From: Octopus vulgaris
Lineage: Eukaryota
Assembly: GCA_951406725.2 (NCBI GenBank)
Contig: OX597817.1
Span: forward strand, 76,198,001-76,262,000
DNA: 64,000 nucleotides
Direction: 5' to 3'
Shown piece by piece: positions 51,547 to 64,000 of this stretch; the stretch's first letter is position 1, and each line of letters opens with the position of its first letter. The translations under genes were made by a program, and so were the position numbers. Below the pieces are notes generated by a model. It had not been told where the DNA came from, ran no database searches, and saw nothing but the letters and a program-made list of their open reading frames with translations.

Positions 51547-52234
51547 TAATAGTTATCGCCATACTAATATGGCAGTCTATAAATAAGACTAAAGCTGTCG
51601 CTGATTAGCTCCAAGAGGCCACCGCCTCTAGCTAGCTATATGACACACGAACCTGCGTCCATTACAACCTTCGAACAGGGGAGGTAAGCCGCTTCACCTT
51701 GCTAGTCAGACATCTGCAGACATGTTTCAGGGCTGTTGCCCTTTATATTTTATATTTTGTATATTCTATTAATTATTTTTATTTTCATGTTTTGGTTTAT
51801 GTTTTTCACTGTTTGATTTGCCTAATAGTGGTTTTATCTCTAATTTAAGTTATACACACATACATACATGCATACATACATACATACATACATACATACA
51901 TACATACATACATACATACATACATACATACATACATACATACATACATACATACATACATACACACGCACACACACACATATATACACATACATATACA
52001 CACACATATATAAATATAATATCAGTAATAGAAATATCAAAAATATATGCATATATGTTTACGTAGGATGGCGTATCTATATATTTCTATTTATTCGTTA
52101 GCTTACACGGTGATGCATAGTGTTCTGTGGGTGCACGTATAAATGTATATGTATGTCTACGTATTGCATTGCTTATTTACATCTATTCTGTGTGCTGATA
52201 CTACACATCTATCTATGTATCTGTATATCTATCC

Positions 52235-52372
<138 letters not shown>

Positions 52373-52780
52373 ATATCTATCTATCTATCTTTTTGTATAC
52401 ATACATACACATATATGCATGTGCATGTTTGTGTTTGTGTATGTGTGTCTATAAAAAACTTGACTCCATATGTCGCCCAGACAAATGAAACCAATTACAT
52501 ATAGTATTTTAAAAAAATTATCTCTCACACTGTAATGAACAACATAACCACAAAATGGAAAATCTTTAATAGTATTTCTCCACCACCACCACCACAACCA
52601 CCAACCTGCACCACCTCAATTGACCCTCACCATCAACCCCACTATTCCCTCATCTTATTTTAGCTCCTCCTTCTCTTTTTCTTCTTCTTCTTCTTCTTCT
52701 TCTTCTTCTTCTTCTTCTTCTTCTTCTTCTTCTTCTTCTTCTTCTTCTTCTAAATATTAATGTCATCATTATCATCATCA

Positions 52781-52812
<32 letters not shown>

Positions 52813-53368
52813 GAGTGAGCGAGCAGAGCATGCCATCAAAGTGACACTGGGGTAAAATATACGAAGCCCAGTATACCCATCATGACTACCCGTCTGATAA
52901 GGGTACACCAGGCACATGCATCACAACCATATGTGCGCGACATGGTGATCTCATATCAAGATAAACAGCACATGACCTTGCAGGTGGGGGCCAGCTAGAA
53001 TTTTCTTCAGGTTGAGTAGCCCATCCCGCTCAAACGGTCCCTGAATAAGGGTTGTTTAAGGATGTTGAAAGAACCACCCATGTTTCCAAAGGTGAATTAT
53101 CCAAATCCCCAAAGAATCCCTCTCAACACATGGCTATGATGCTCCCCCACTACTTCTGCTCGTGATCAGAGATGCACATATCGTCAGCCACTAAGGGACA
53201 TGCTCAACTGGTTAAGGTCAAACAACTGACAAGCAAATCTGTGGTATTGAGCAGAATATTTGCTGTAGCCCATCTTTTATACCAAGACAAAACAATGTAC
53301 ATGATAACACTTCCAATCAGTTAAGATCAGAAGCCATGAGAACCACTGCCTGGTACTGCATCAGGGCA
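52813..53368 (-). mobile_element. Second copy of the ~555-bp (ATT)n-embedded element
   Basis: Near-identical to 25487-26041. Confidence 0.85.
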
Positions 53369-53419
<51 letters not shown>

Positions 53420-54089
53420 CCCAGTGCTCCTGCTCCTCTACCTTCCTCTTCATTATTAATATTATTGTTGTTGTTTTTCTTTCTTTCCTTTTTTCTTATC
53501 TTCCTTCTTATACTTTGGTTGTTGATAACTATCATTATTTTTTTGAAATACTTTATTCGCATCGATTTTTCCACCTTCAATTTATCCTCATTTATAAGAC
53601 GCTCATTATTCTCACCAATGAAATTTCACTTTTTTCTTCTTGTTATACTTCTTTTTTTATTTTATTCACAACTTTCTTATTAATATATCTTATCTTTTAC
53701 AGAAGGATGCCAAACTCTTGTTATATATTTCAGTGGGGAGTACATATTTTGCTAGAAACTACGAGAAATAACGAAACGCCAAACAGTGTTACAATAATAT
53801 ATTTACAGATATTTGTCGAATTGAAATACGCTGCACGCAAAAATAAACATAATAAACAAACAAACAACAATTATAAAAGAAAGAATAATATAAACATAAA
53901 ATAAAGCAAAAAATAATCTTACATTTTGTGAATTTTTATGTGTGTATGTGTACACAAGTGTAAATGTATATGTGTGTGTGTGCGTCTGTGATTGTGTCGT
54001 GTGTTGAAGTGTACATGTAGATGTACATACATATAAAAGTACAGTTTTTTTGGGAATTACATATATACATGGATAGCTGTAGGTACAGA

Positions 54090-54132
<43 letters not shown>

Positions 54133-54486
54133 AGCATATATATATTTGCCTATATATATGTGTGTGTGTGTGTAAATATAGGTACACACACGCATATATT
54201 CATATTGTTTATGTGTTTGCGTGTGTTGTGTGTGTGTGTGTACACGAATGTGTGAACTAAAGAGAAGAGGTAACACTCAACAGATATTCCGAATTGTATT
54301 TGTTGAGAGAAAGGTTGATTCAGTACTTTATGTTACTTCAAATTTGAGAGCGTAATAGCTCTTCCATCTCCTCGGGCATTCTGAATGACCGAAGGGAAGG
54401 GAGCGTTTCATGTTTTAAACTCAAAATACATAAATATGTATGTATGCATGTATATACATACATATATGCATACATATACATACCTA

Positions 54487-55157
54487 TATATTAATTATAA
54501 TAAAGGGTTAATTGCAACAAGTTGCTCAAAACCACATACTGAAAATATTAGAAATAGCAGCCAAATAGGTCACTATTTCTACTACTAGTAAAAAAAGTCT
54601 CCACAAACAGAATTTGTAACCCGTATATGGTAAAGAGAAAGAAGACAACGAAATCCCAGCCTATTGGATTAATTATGGACGAATTCGTTTCTGGATTAGA
54701 ATCGAAAGTTCATTTCCTCGTCAACATAATATTTCCTATAAATCTAGAAATGCTAGGAAGAAATTCACCCATTACACCAACTCGATTAGGCGACATCGAA
54801 CGATATAACGGTCCGCTAGCATCTCCACATTTATATAGACAGGCGAATTCGTATCTCCTTCCAAAATTACCACGTGAGTTACAAAAACATTACCAACGAA
54901 ACGAAGTTTCGCAAATATATTGTCTGGGAGTAATAGTATTCAATACACATAAAGGGTGAAATATAATTAAATTAAATTAATATAATTAATAAATTTCACC
55001 TAGTAGTTTTTTCGGTATGGAAATGACCATATTTGGTAAGGATTATATTAATTATAATAAAGGGTTAATTGCAACAAGTTGCTCAAAACCACATACCGAA
55101 AATATTAGAAATAGCAGCCAAATAGGTCACTATTTCTACTACAAGTAAAAAAGTCTC
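54487..55157. repeat. ~110-bp direct repeats (54487-54600, 55045-55157) flanking ~450 bp, PLE-like arrangement
   Basis: TATATTAATTATAATAAAGGGTTAATTGCAACAAG...AAAAAAGTCTC occurs twice. Confidence 0.75.
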
Positions 55158-55353
55158 TGGATGGTTTTATATTTACAGATATTTATTAGTATGTTACATG
55201 TTTTTATAAATCATATATCACATATTAGCGCCTTCGTCCACTCTAGTGGAGTTGTCAAAAGTTCAATTATGATATATGATTTATAAAAACATGTAGCATA
55301 CTAATAAATATCCATAAATATAAAACCATCCAGATTTCTGAGTACCTCATTTC

Positions 55354-55417
<64 letters not shown>

Positions 55418-55871
55418 TATATACAAACTGTTGGATCCGGAGTTGCTTGTGTTTTCTCTGTTGAAGTTAAGCTCACCTCTGACCTTGTATTGAAATCTTC
55501 TGTGTTCCTCGTGCCAACTATTACTCATTATGATGTTATGTCTGTTTCGGCAGGGATTTTACCCGGTTAACGCTTTCGACATACTCCTACATACTGGACC
55601 GTCTGAAATCGCAGTCAAACTTTTGGGTGTACCACGACCAGTTGAGAATCATGTTTGTTTATTTCTCTCCCCTGTACAAAATTGATCAGCGTATCCCATC
55701 TTAGCAAAATCCAAAGAAATGTGCTAAGGCTACGTCGTAAAACAGCATCCATGTGACCATTTGCATGAAAATGTAAAAGTTATGGCAAAAAATAAAATCC
55801 CTATGAGAACGAACGGGAACTTGAAGCTCTGAGTAACAGTTTTTGTGATATTTTTACTGCTTTTCAATGAA

Positions 55872-55916
<45 letters not shown>

Positions 55917-55959
55917 TATATATGTAGTTAGATAGATAGATAAATATACATACACACAT

Positions 55960-55998
<39 letters not shown>

Positions 55999-56161
55999 CA
56001 CATACACACATATATATATATGTGTGTGTGTGTGTGTATATGTATGTATATATATATATATATATATAAATTAACAATTGAGGATAAAATCTTTAAAAGA
56101 AATTATCAGTAGTCAGCGGGAAAAACCTCGTAAGAGAAAAAATCCGTAAATTCTTCCCTCA

Positions 56162-56211
<50 letters not shown>

Positions 56212-56212
<1 letters not shown>

Positions 56213-57290
56213 TAGCAGTATCACCCGGTATTGCTTGGGTTTGTTTCGACCCTTTAGAATTGAAATTTTTGAAAAGTAAAAATTTTGCCTCATGCAACTT
56301 ATTATTCTCTTCAAGTGAACATTTTTCCCGTTGAAATACACCGAAAAATGGCGACACATCAGTCAAAAATCGTAAAAAATAGGGATTTTCATAGAAAAAA
56401 AGCACCTTTTTGATGTAAATTTTTGGTGTTAACATGGTCCAATTAGAATTTTATCTTCTACAAAATGAAGAGCAAGCCTTCTTCTATCATACTCTCAAAT
56501 TTGGTCAACTTGCGCTGCAGGGTCTCAAAGGAGATAGTGTTAGTTGAAGGCTACCAAACCTGCTTTATATATACTTAGATTTGTTACACACTACTTTCCA
56601 TCCTTAATAATGAAACTTGGTAGATCCAAAAGTTAAACACACAGACACACACACAGATACACAAGTTGAGTTTTATATATATAGATTTCTCAACGGGGAT
56701 TTCAGGGGAGAGTTTCAGGGTGTCGCTGGCGATGTATCGAGATGATAAAAAATCCGGCCTGCTAAAATTTGGTTAAAGTGATTCAAACTGCAGACTCAAC
56801 GCAAAATGGTCACATTTAATTCAAAGCGTTAAAAATGTTATGAAAACAATTGGTATGTGTTCACAAAGTCCAAACGATTAATTCGAAAGACTCTTCAAGG
56901 CTACAGCCCGAAAATTCATTTCTTTGCCGAATTTCTACAGTGTTTACGGCGATTCGTTTTTATATCTTGATTTTTTTAATTTTTCATGCAATTTACGCAT
57001 GCTTGCACGCGTGGTGAACACAGTTCACGTCAAACAGCTGACTGAGTAAAGTTCACTATTCAATGCATGGGATAAGGCCTAAACAAACACATTATCGATT
57101 TTTACACTTGCGAGATGAATTTCGGAACAGAAATTGCGCAGTTCAATTTTCATTCGCCTAAACTTTAAGTGACCCATTTTTAGTGGTTCTACGATTTGTT
57201 GGCTAGGAGGAGATGTGCCAGGAAGTTAAACACACAGACATGCACACAGATACACACACAGACACACAAGTTGAATTTTATATATATAGA
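56212..57290 (-). mobile_element. Composite Helitron-like element
   Basis: 3' CTAG and hairpin homologous to 44806-44840. Repeated 5'-end-like TCTATATATATAAAA(C/T)TCAACTTGTGT at 56685 and 57290. Confidence 0.7.
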
Positions 57291-57296
57291 TATATG

Positions 57297-57330
<34 letters not shown>

Positions 57331-57363
57331 TGTATGTATGTATATATATATATATATACATAC

Positions 57364-57422
<59 letters not shown>

Positions 57423-57426
57423 TATA

Positions 57427-57500
<74 letters not shown>

Positions 57501-58194
57501 CCTACAGACACACACACATACATATATTTATCAAGGCAGAAGTTATATTATTTTCCTTCTTACAATGTGGCTTACCCTAAAATTTCCATCACGCTTATTT
57601 CATTAAAGAGTCGTAGATTTGGACTTCGATTCTATCCCAAGAATAAAAGTTTTCGAACCTTAAAACAAACCCTTTACTTTGATCGCCAATCAAGACATAT
57701 AGACAAGTTATGAGACTATAAAATCAGATTTGAGCAATAACTAATGCAGCTTCCACCTAGTTCAATGGCTCCTGACTGACGCACTAAATGAAGGCTATAT
57801 TTCATTAGTTAGATTTATCGAGTTATCACGAATCAAGCCATGATTTATTGTTCCTGGATAAGCAGATATTATATGAAATGTCCAGTCCAGTAAGCTTAAA
57901 TCTCACTGTACTTCTTTTCTCTGTCTTTCACTCTCTGTATATCTCTGTCTTGTTCTCTCTCTTCGGCTCTCCCTCTCTTACTTTTTCTCTCTCTCTTACT
58001 CTCGCTTTTTTATCTGTGTCAGTTACAACGTAGAAACTTTATAGGTAGGGTTGTGTCTGTGAGTTTAATGTGTAAGAAGCTTACATACATTTATACATTT
58101 AGTTACATACATGAGTAAATATATACACATATTTAAGTATTATGTATATATATATATATACACATATACACATATATAATGTATATGTATGCGA

Positions 58195-58195
58195 T

Positions 58196-58238
<43 letters not shown>

Positions 58239-58334
58239 CACTTTCTCTCTCTCTCTCTATCGTTCTCTCTCTCTCACTCTCATTCTTCCCCCTCTCACTC
58301 TCCTTCTCATTCTCTCTTCCCTCCCCTCTCTCTT

Positions 58335-58369
<35 letters not shown>

Positions 58370-58370
58370 G

Positions 58371-58421
<51 letters not shown>

Positions 58422-58878
58422 CTCTCTCTATCTATCTACCTATCTATCTATCTTTCTCTCTATCTATCTATCTTTCTCTCTCCCTCTCACTCTCATCCTT
58501 CCCCTCTCACTCTCACTTATTCCTTGTCCCCCTCCCCCTCTCTATCCCTCTTTCTCTTTCCCTCTCTCTTTCTCTCCTTTTCTCACTCTCATTCTCTCTC
58601 TCACCCTCATTCTCGCTCTCTCACTCTCATTCTCTCACTCCATCTCTCTCCATCTCTCTCTCTCTCTGTCTATGCATCTTTCTATATATACCTTTTCTTT
58701 CTTTCTCTCTCTATCTCCGTTTCTCACAGTCTCTCTCTCTCTCTTTCTCTCTCTTTCACTCTCATTCTTTCTCTTTCTCATTCTCTCTCTCCGTCTCTCT
58801 CTCTGTCTCTGTCTCTCTCTCTCTCTCTGTCTCTCTCTCTAACTCTCTATCTACCTATCTATCTGTCTGTCTGTCTAC
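58195..58878. repeat. (TCTA)n/(TC)n compound microsatellite
   Basis: Visible directly. Explains ORFs 58142-59050 and overlapping ones. Confidence 0.95.
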
Positions 58879-59017
58879 GTTAATATCGAACAGTGAGAAT
58901 GATTGCTCAACACCGCATTGGTGGATAAACATTTTTCAATTGTGGATTAACCAGGCTTCCATTAGTTACATGTTAAGAGATTTCAACGTTTCTTTTGAGG
59001 GTAGTACTAAAAGATAT

Positions 59018-59644
59018 TGTATGGTTAATTCGTTAGCAACGAATAACTAAGACGACACAGAGAGTTCACAATGTCTTCAACAAAAGATTTATTGTAACAC
59101 AGTGAAAATATACACATACAAATGGAAGTTCAATTCCAATGCATTCATACAATTAGAAACTCGATTCAAACAATCGTATTCATACCAAGAACAAATGAAT
59201 GCTGGTTGCATTCACTTAAGAATTTGTTGAGTTCCTGTTGCCAGACTTCAGGTCAACATAGCAATTTGACACAAGAATAAGTCAAAGGAAAGTACTTATC
59301 AAACGACCGCCTGTATTGTTTGCCACCGGTTCGTACTGTGAGAACAAGAGAGAGTTTTAAGTCCCAAAGAAATTACTTTAACCAATTTCAGCTACCATTC
59401 TGGACTTTCAAACGTAGATCAGCCAAAAGAGAAATGATTTGAGTGAGTCGACGTGTGTATTCGTATAGAGCAAAAACGCGATTGTTTGAACATGGAGACG
59501 ACTGGCATATATAGCTATGCCGTTCAGCGACGCCTAGCTGCCAACTACACGCAAGAGGAGATAACTCAGTGTTATTACCCTTTTTAATGTAAATGAACCA
59601 TATCATATTAGCGACGTCACCGGTGTTCACACACAACGCCTACA
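59018..59644 (-). mobile_element. 3' LTR of the Gypsy element
   Basis: Minus strand begins TGTA right after the polypurine tract GGAGGAGGA (59648-59656), has AATAAA at ~59090, and ends ACA. Left boundary is approximate. Confidence 0.6.
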
Positions 59645-60079
59645 TGATCCTCCTCCAGACAGTAAGTAGTAAGAAAGGTTGATATGCAAAGGAGTTAACG
59701 TAGGCTAGGAAAGACAAAAACGTGGGAAAAGGTGTTTAAAGAAGCTGGCAAAGCGCAAACTACGCATGCAAACACAGTATTTATAAAATTAAATGTAAAG
59801 AACTTGTTATACAATACAGCAAATATAAAAATGCAGCAAAACAGTTAAAATTTGCAATTTGTACATGAATTCTTGTACCCACAGGAACAAATATAAACAA
59901 ATTTAGAAAGTTTGCTTGGCCAAAGTGTGGTGCGATCTGTGCGCGTGACGTAAGGTCTGGAGGGTGATGGCGTTGGCGATGGTGGTCGTGAAACCTATGC
60001 TAGTGGTATAGAAGGTGTTTGCGAAGGTATTGTAAATGTGGTGGTGGGGGGAGGCTCAGGTGTATGAGCGTCAGTATGT

Positions 60080-62085
60080 ACCTTCTTGAGTCTATCCACA
60101 GACATAATCACTTTTTCCGTTAAGGTCTATTGTGAATACTTTGTCTGTGCGATTAAGAACCCGGCAATGTCCAGAGTATGGAGCTGTGAGAGGATGCCTC
60201 ACAGCATCGTTGCAGATGAACACATGGGTCCACGTAGAAATGTCCTTAGGTACTGCAGACTTCACGGATTGTGACCGAGTGTTCATAGGTGGCAGATGAC
60301 AGAAGTATGACCGCAAAATCCTTAGAAGCATTATTAGTTGGTGTCAAAATCTGGCCAGGCAATGATAACGGTACCCGATAAAGCAGTTTAGCAGCAGAAA
60401 AGCCCAGGACCGCTTTCACGGAGGACCGACAACCCAAAAGGGTAGGTACTCGATCCATCTTGGGGGATTTGGTGATGCACTAAGAGCTATTTTCAATTGA
60501 CGGTGGAAGCGCTCTACCATCTCGTTAGACTCGGGGTGGTAGCTTGTCGTGTGCTACCAGGAGGTGGGAAAGTTAGCGGAAGAGCTGTGATTCAAATTGT
60601 CGCCTCCGATCAGTGGTGATCTTTGAGGGAACACCGAAACGCGATATCCAGCCTGATATCATAGCGCGAGCGACTGATTCAGCGGAGATGTCCACTAGGG
60701 GAATGGCTTCAAGCCGCCGGGAGAAACGATCTATACAAATTAACATGTACGAAAAACCTGGATGCGATAAAGAGAGAAGCGCATCAAAAACTATGGGCGA
60801 TAACAAGCAGTCTGGGTGATCCAGTAGAAACACCGCAGAGGATCTTTCCATCAGCAGATGGAAGTGGCAGGTATTCAAACTTGCAACAAGAAAAACTGAG
60901 CAGAAGAAACGTCAATCGAATCCAACGATGGTTGGTCTGAAGCAATTGCAACCAAATAAATAGCAGCAGAAGAAAGGGAACATACTGAAAGCTTAGACAA
61001 GAAGGTGTCAGCTGGTATATTTGAAGTTCCAGCTATGTGGCCAATGTCATTGGTGAACTGAGAAATGGAATCCAAGTAGCTGTATGCTCTCGGTGAGTAC
61101 GTATCCGATTTGGATTACAGAGCAAACGTAAGTGGTTTGTGATCTGTGAATATCACGAACTCTCGACCTTCAAGGAGATGATGAAAGTGTGTCATGGTAC
61201 GATAATCAGCTAGCAGTTCCCTGTCAAAGTTACTATACCGCAGTTCTGCTGGCTTCAATTGGTGTGAAAAACATTCCCAAAGTTGAGTCAAGTGGTCAAC
61301 TTGAAGAGACGGTTACAGAAAGCTTGGCGTTCATTTTAGGATGAACGAGTAAGGAAATTTGAGCAAATTCAGTCTTGACAGATTTAAGCGACTGCAACGC
61401 ATGAGGAAAGAGAGAAACAGGAGCGACTATCTTTTTTCTATCTTTCAAGAACTGGGGTAAAGCAAATAGCTTGTCCGCACATATGAGAATGAAATGGCGA
61501 CAGAAATTTATCAACCCTAGGAAATGCCGTAATTGTCTTAATAAGATGGATGGTGCAAGATGCTGAATCGCTCCGCCCTGTGCAGGTGGAGGTCGAATGC
61601 CTTTAGAGTCAATAAGTTGTGCCAGGAATTCTAACGAAGAAACGCCAAATACGCACTTGGTGGGGTTGACCTTGACGTTGTAAGATCGAAGAAGCTGCAA
61701 TAACTGAGATAAATGCTGATGATGATGCTCAGCAGTATTTCTGGCTATCAAAATGTCATCCACATATGCAAAAGACAAAATCCAACCCACGAACAACTTC
61801 CTCAATAAATCGCTGGAAAGTACTGGCAGCATTGTGCAGTCCAAATGGCATGGATAAGAACTCGAACGAGCCAAATGGTGTGGTCAAGGTTGTTTTCGGG
61901 ATGTCTGCCGAGTTCACTGGTATTTGGTGGTATGCGCGTACTAGGTCAATTTTACACAAGACAGTGCATCCATGGAGAGCAGAGGAAAAATCCTGAAGGT
62001 AAGGGATAGCGGTCAGGGATAGTAATGGCATTGAGGCGTCTATAATCACCAACCGGCCGGAAGTTCTGGTTTCTCTTTTCGCCAT
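60080..62085 (-). pseudogene. Decayed Ty3/Gypsy pol (RT, RNase H, integrase)
   Basis: [70 protein letters not shown] and [33 protein letters not shown]. Frameshifts and stops present. Confidence 0.92.
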
Positions 62086-62150
62086 GTGTACACAGGTACA
62101 CACACGAACACACATATATTTATACATACAAACATACACACACACGCGCG

Positions 62151-62187
<37 letters not shown>

Positions 62188-62190
62188 ACG

Positions 62191-62244
<54 letters not shown>

Positions 62245-62925
62245 AACAATTTGAGAAAAAAATGTCCAAATCAATCAGGTGTAACCCTACAGCGTTTTAT
62301 GCATCTACATATCGTACTTTGGGGTCTTATTTATCGTATATCTATATATTTATCTATAAATATAGAAAGTATCTGATAAAAGTCAATATACCAGCGGTGG
62401 TGCCCCAGTATGGCCGCAGCCTTCGGGCTGAAACATTTTTAAGAATTTATACCTGAAGATGTGTTGGAATAATTGTAAATCTGACGATTGAATGTATGTA
62501 TTTATATGTTTATATATATGGGTATACAGTTGTGTACATGTATATATATTGTAATCTTCCATTACTGAAATACGTGTAGTTCCTTCAAATTTGATAAATA
62601 TAAATATTAACTAAAGTATGATATAATCAATGAAGTACATTATATACCCAGCTGGAAATTTTGGTTATATCCGTTAAGTATTATTTCGTGATGTGCAAAC
62701 TGGTACCATGAGTTTACTGTAAGATTAGGTTATTTTTGCATTATCTGAAATAGAATATCGATTAATCCCCCAAAATTGAATATACATATATAGATATTTA
62801 TATACATACACATACATATCTGTATATGCGTGTTCCTGAATATATGTAAATATGTATGTTTGTGTGTGCATGTACGTGAGTGTGTACGTGCGTATGTGTA
62901 ATGTATATATATATATATATATATA

Positions 62926-62956
<31 letters not shown>

Positions 62957-64000
62957 TGGGAGAGTTTACGAAAAAAAACAAAAGACGAAGACAGGTGGTG
63001 TACGTAACAAATAGATGTATTAGTATAACGCTCAGGCATAGAAAAAGTATTTTACGTTTCGAGCCTACGCTCTTCTATATATATATATATGTGCATCTGA
63101 ATATTCAAGTGTATGTGTGCGTATGAGTGTGCATGCGCGCGCGCATTTATGTGCTTGTGAGTGTGCGAAACGAAGCTACATTTATGACAAAATAATTTTG
63201 ACTTTTATGCTTCAACTTCAGCTGTTCATAAGCTCTCCGTTTTTATTTTCCACTTCGTGCATTTTTATTTTCCACTACGTTTTACGCTTCGCTAATTGAA
63301 AATGGTAAGTTCTGATTCTTTTAAGAAGTCTGGAATTTATATAAAAAACAGTATAAGGAATCCTCTTGAATATATGAACAGTAGTACAGTGAACTTGGTA
63401 TCGATGATACGAACGTCAGTTGTGGCATTAATTTATATAAAATGTCAAATTTTAGAAAATAACGTCTTGTATAATTCTAGAAGGAATTTGACATTTCTTC
63501 GAGAACCTTTGTACATAACAGAATAATGAGAAAACACTATACACATACAATACATCATACATACATGCATACATGTCCATACGTACGTACGTATGTATAA
63601 ATGTATGTATGCATGCGTGAATGTATGTATGTATGTTTGTATGTATGTATGTATGTATGTATGTATGTATGTATGTATGTATGTATGTATGTGTATGTAT
63701 GTATGTTTGTATGTATGTGTATTTGTCCAATTTCTCTGTGCAATCGCGCATAATAATCATAGTCTTAATTGCCATAATAATCATCCAATGTCGACCAATT
63801 GAAGTGTGACTAAAATGATCTCGGTGCTTATCATTGTTAAAATAACGGTATAGATTCTGTTGTGTCATAAGGAAAGTCATTTTCTTTTTGTGCCTCATAA
63901 TGTAACACACTCACCGGTAAAATTTCCACGTATTTCTTATTTTTATTTTCCTAAACTTTTCGTTACGTCTTGCAACCTTTTCAATAGTCTTGACTCTCAA

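Noticed and set aside
58142-59050. 302-aa ORF and the many other YI/CV/TH/LS-rich ORFs
   Set aside because: Stop-free translations of microsatellites.

Overview
Eukaryotic, AT-rich, microsatellite-dense DNA made almost entirely of transposable elements. The SINE families look like octopus/cephalopod repeats (recognised from memory, not verified). No complete host gene is supported, and most ORFs in the track are microsatellite artefacts. The standout is 1023-5620. Two diverged ~2 kb elements each encode only an intact Tx1/ZCCHC3-like ORF1 (putative RRMs plus one CCHC knuckle, no RT or endonuclease). They sit in tandem at the same nucleotide of a tRNA-derived SINE, just after its A box, with 15-17 bp target-site duplications. 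Both share a candidate 61-nt 5'UTR intron, a conserved 5'UTR hairpin, and a 3' hairpin/pseudoknot ending in AATAAA with no poly(A). The host SINE shares its 3' stem-loop with a CR1/L2-group LINE elsewhere in the window, suggesting layered parasitism. Also present: a near-intact Naiad-like Penelope element (RT plus GIY-YIG) with a hammerhead ribozyme, further degenerate hammerheads, R4/Dong-like LINE fragments, a decayed Gypsy element, a solo LTR, Tc1/mariner relics, Helitron-like elements and many SINE copies.
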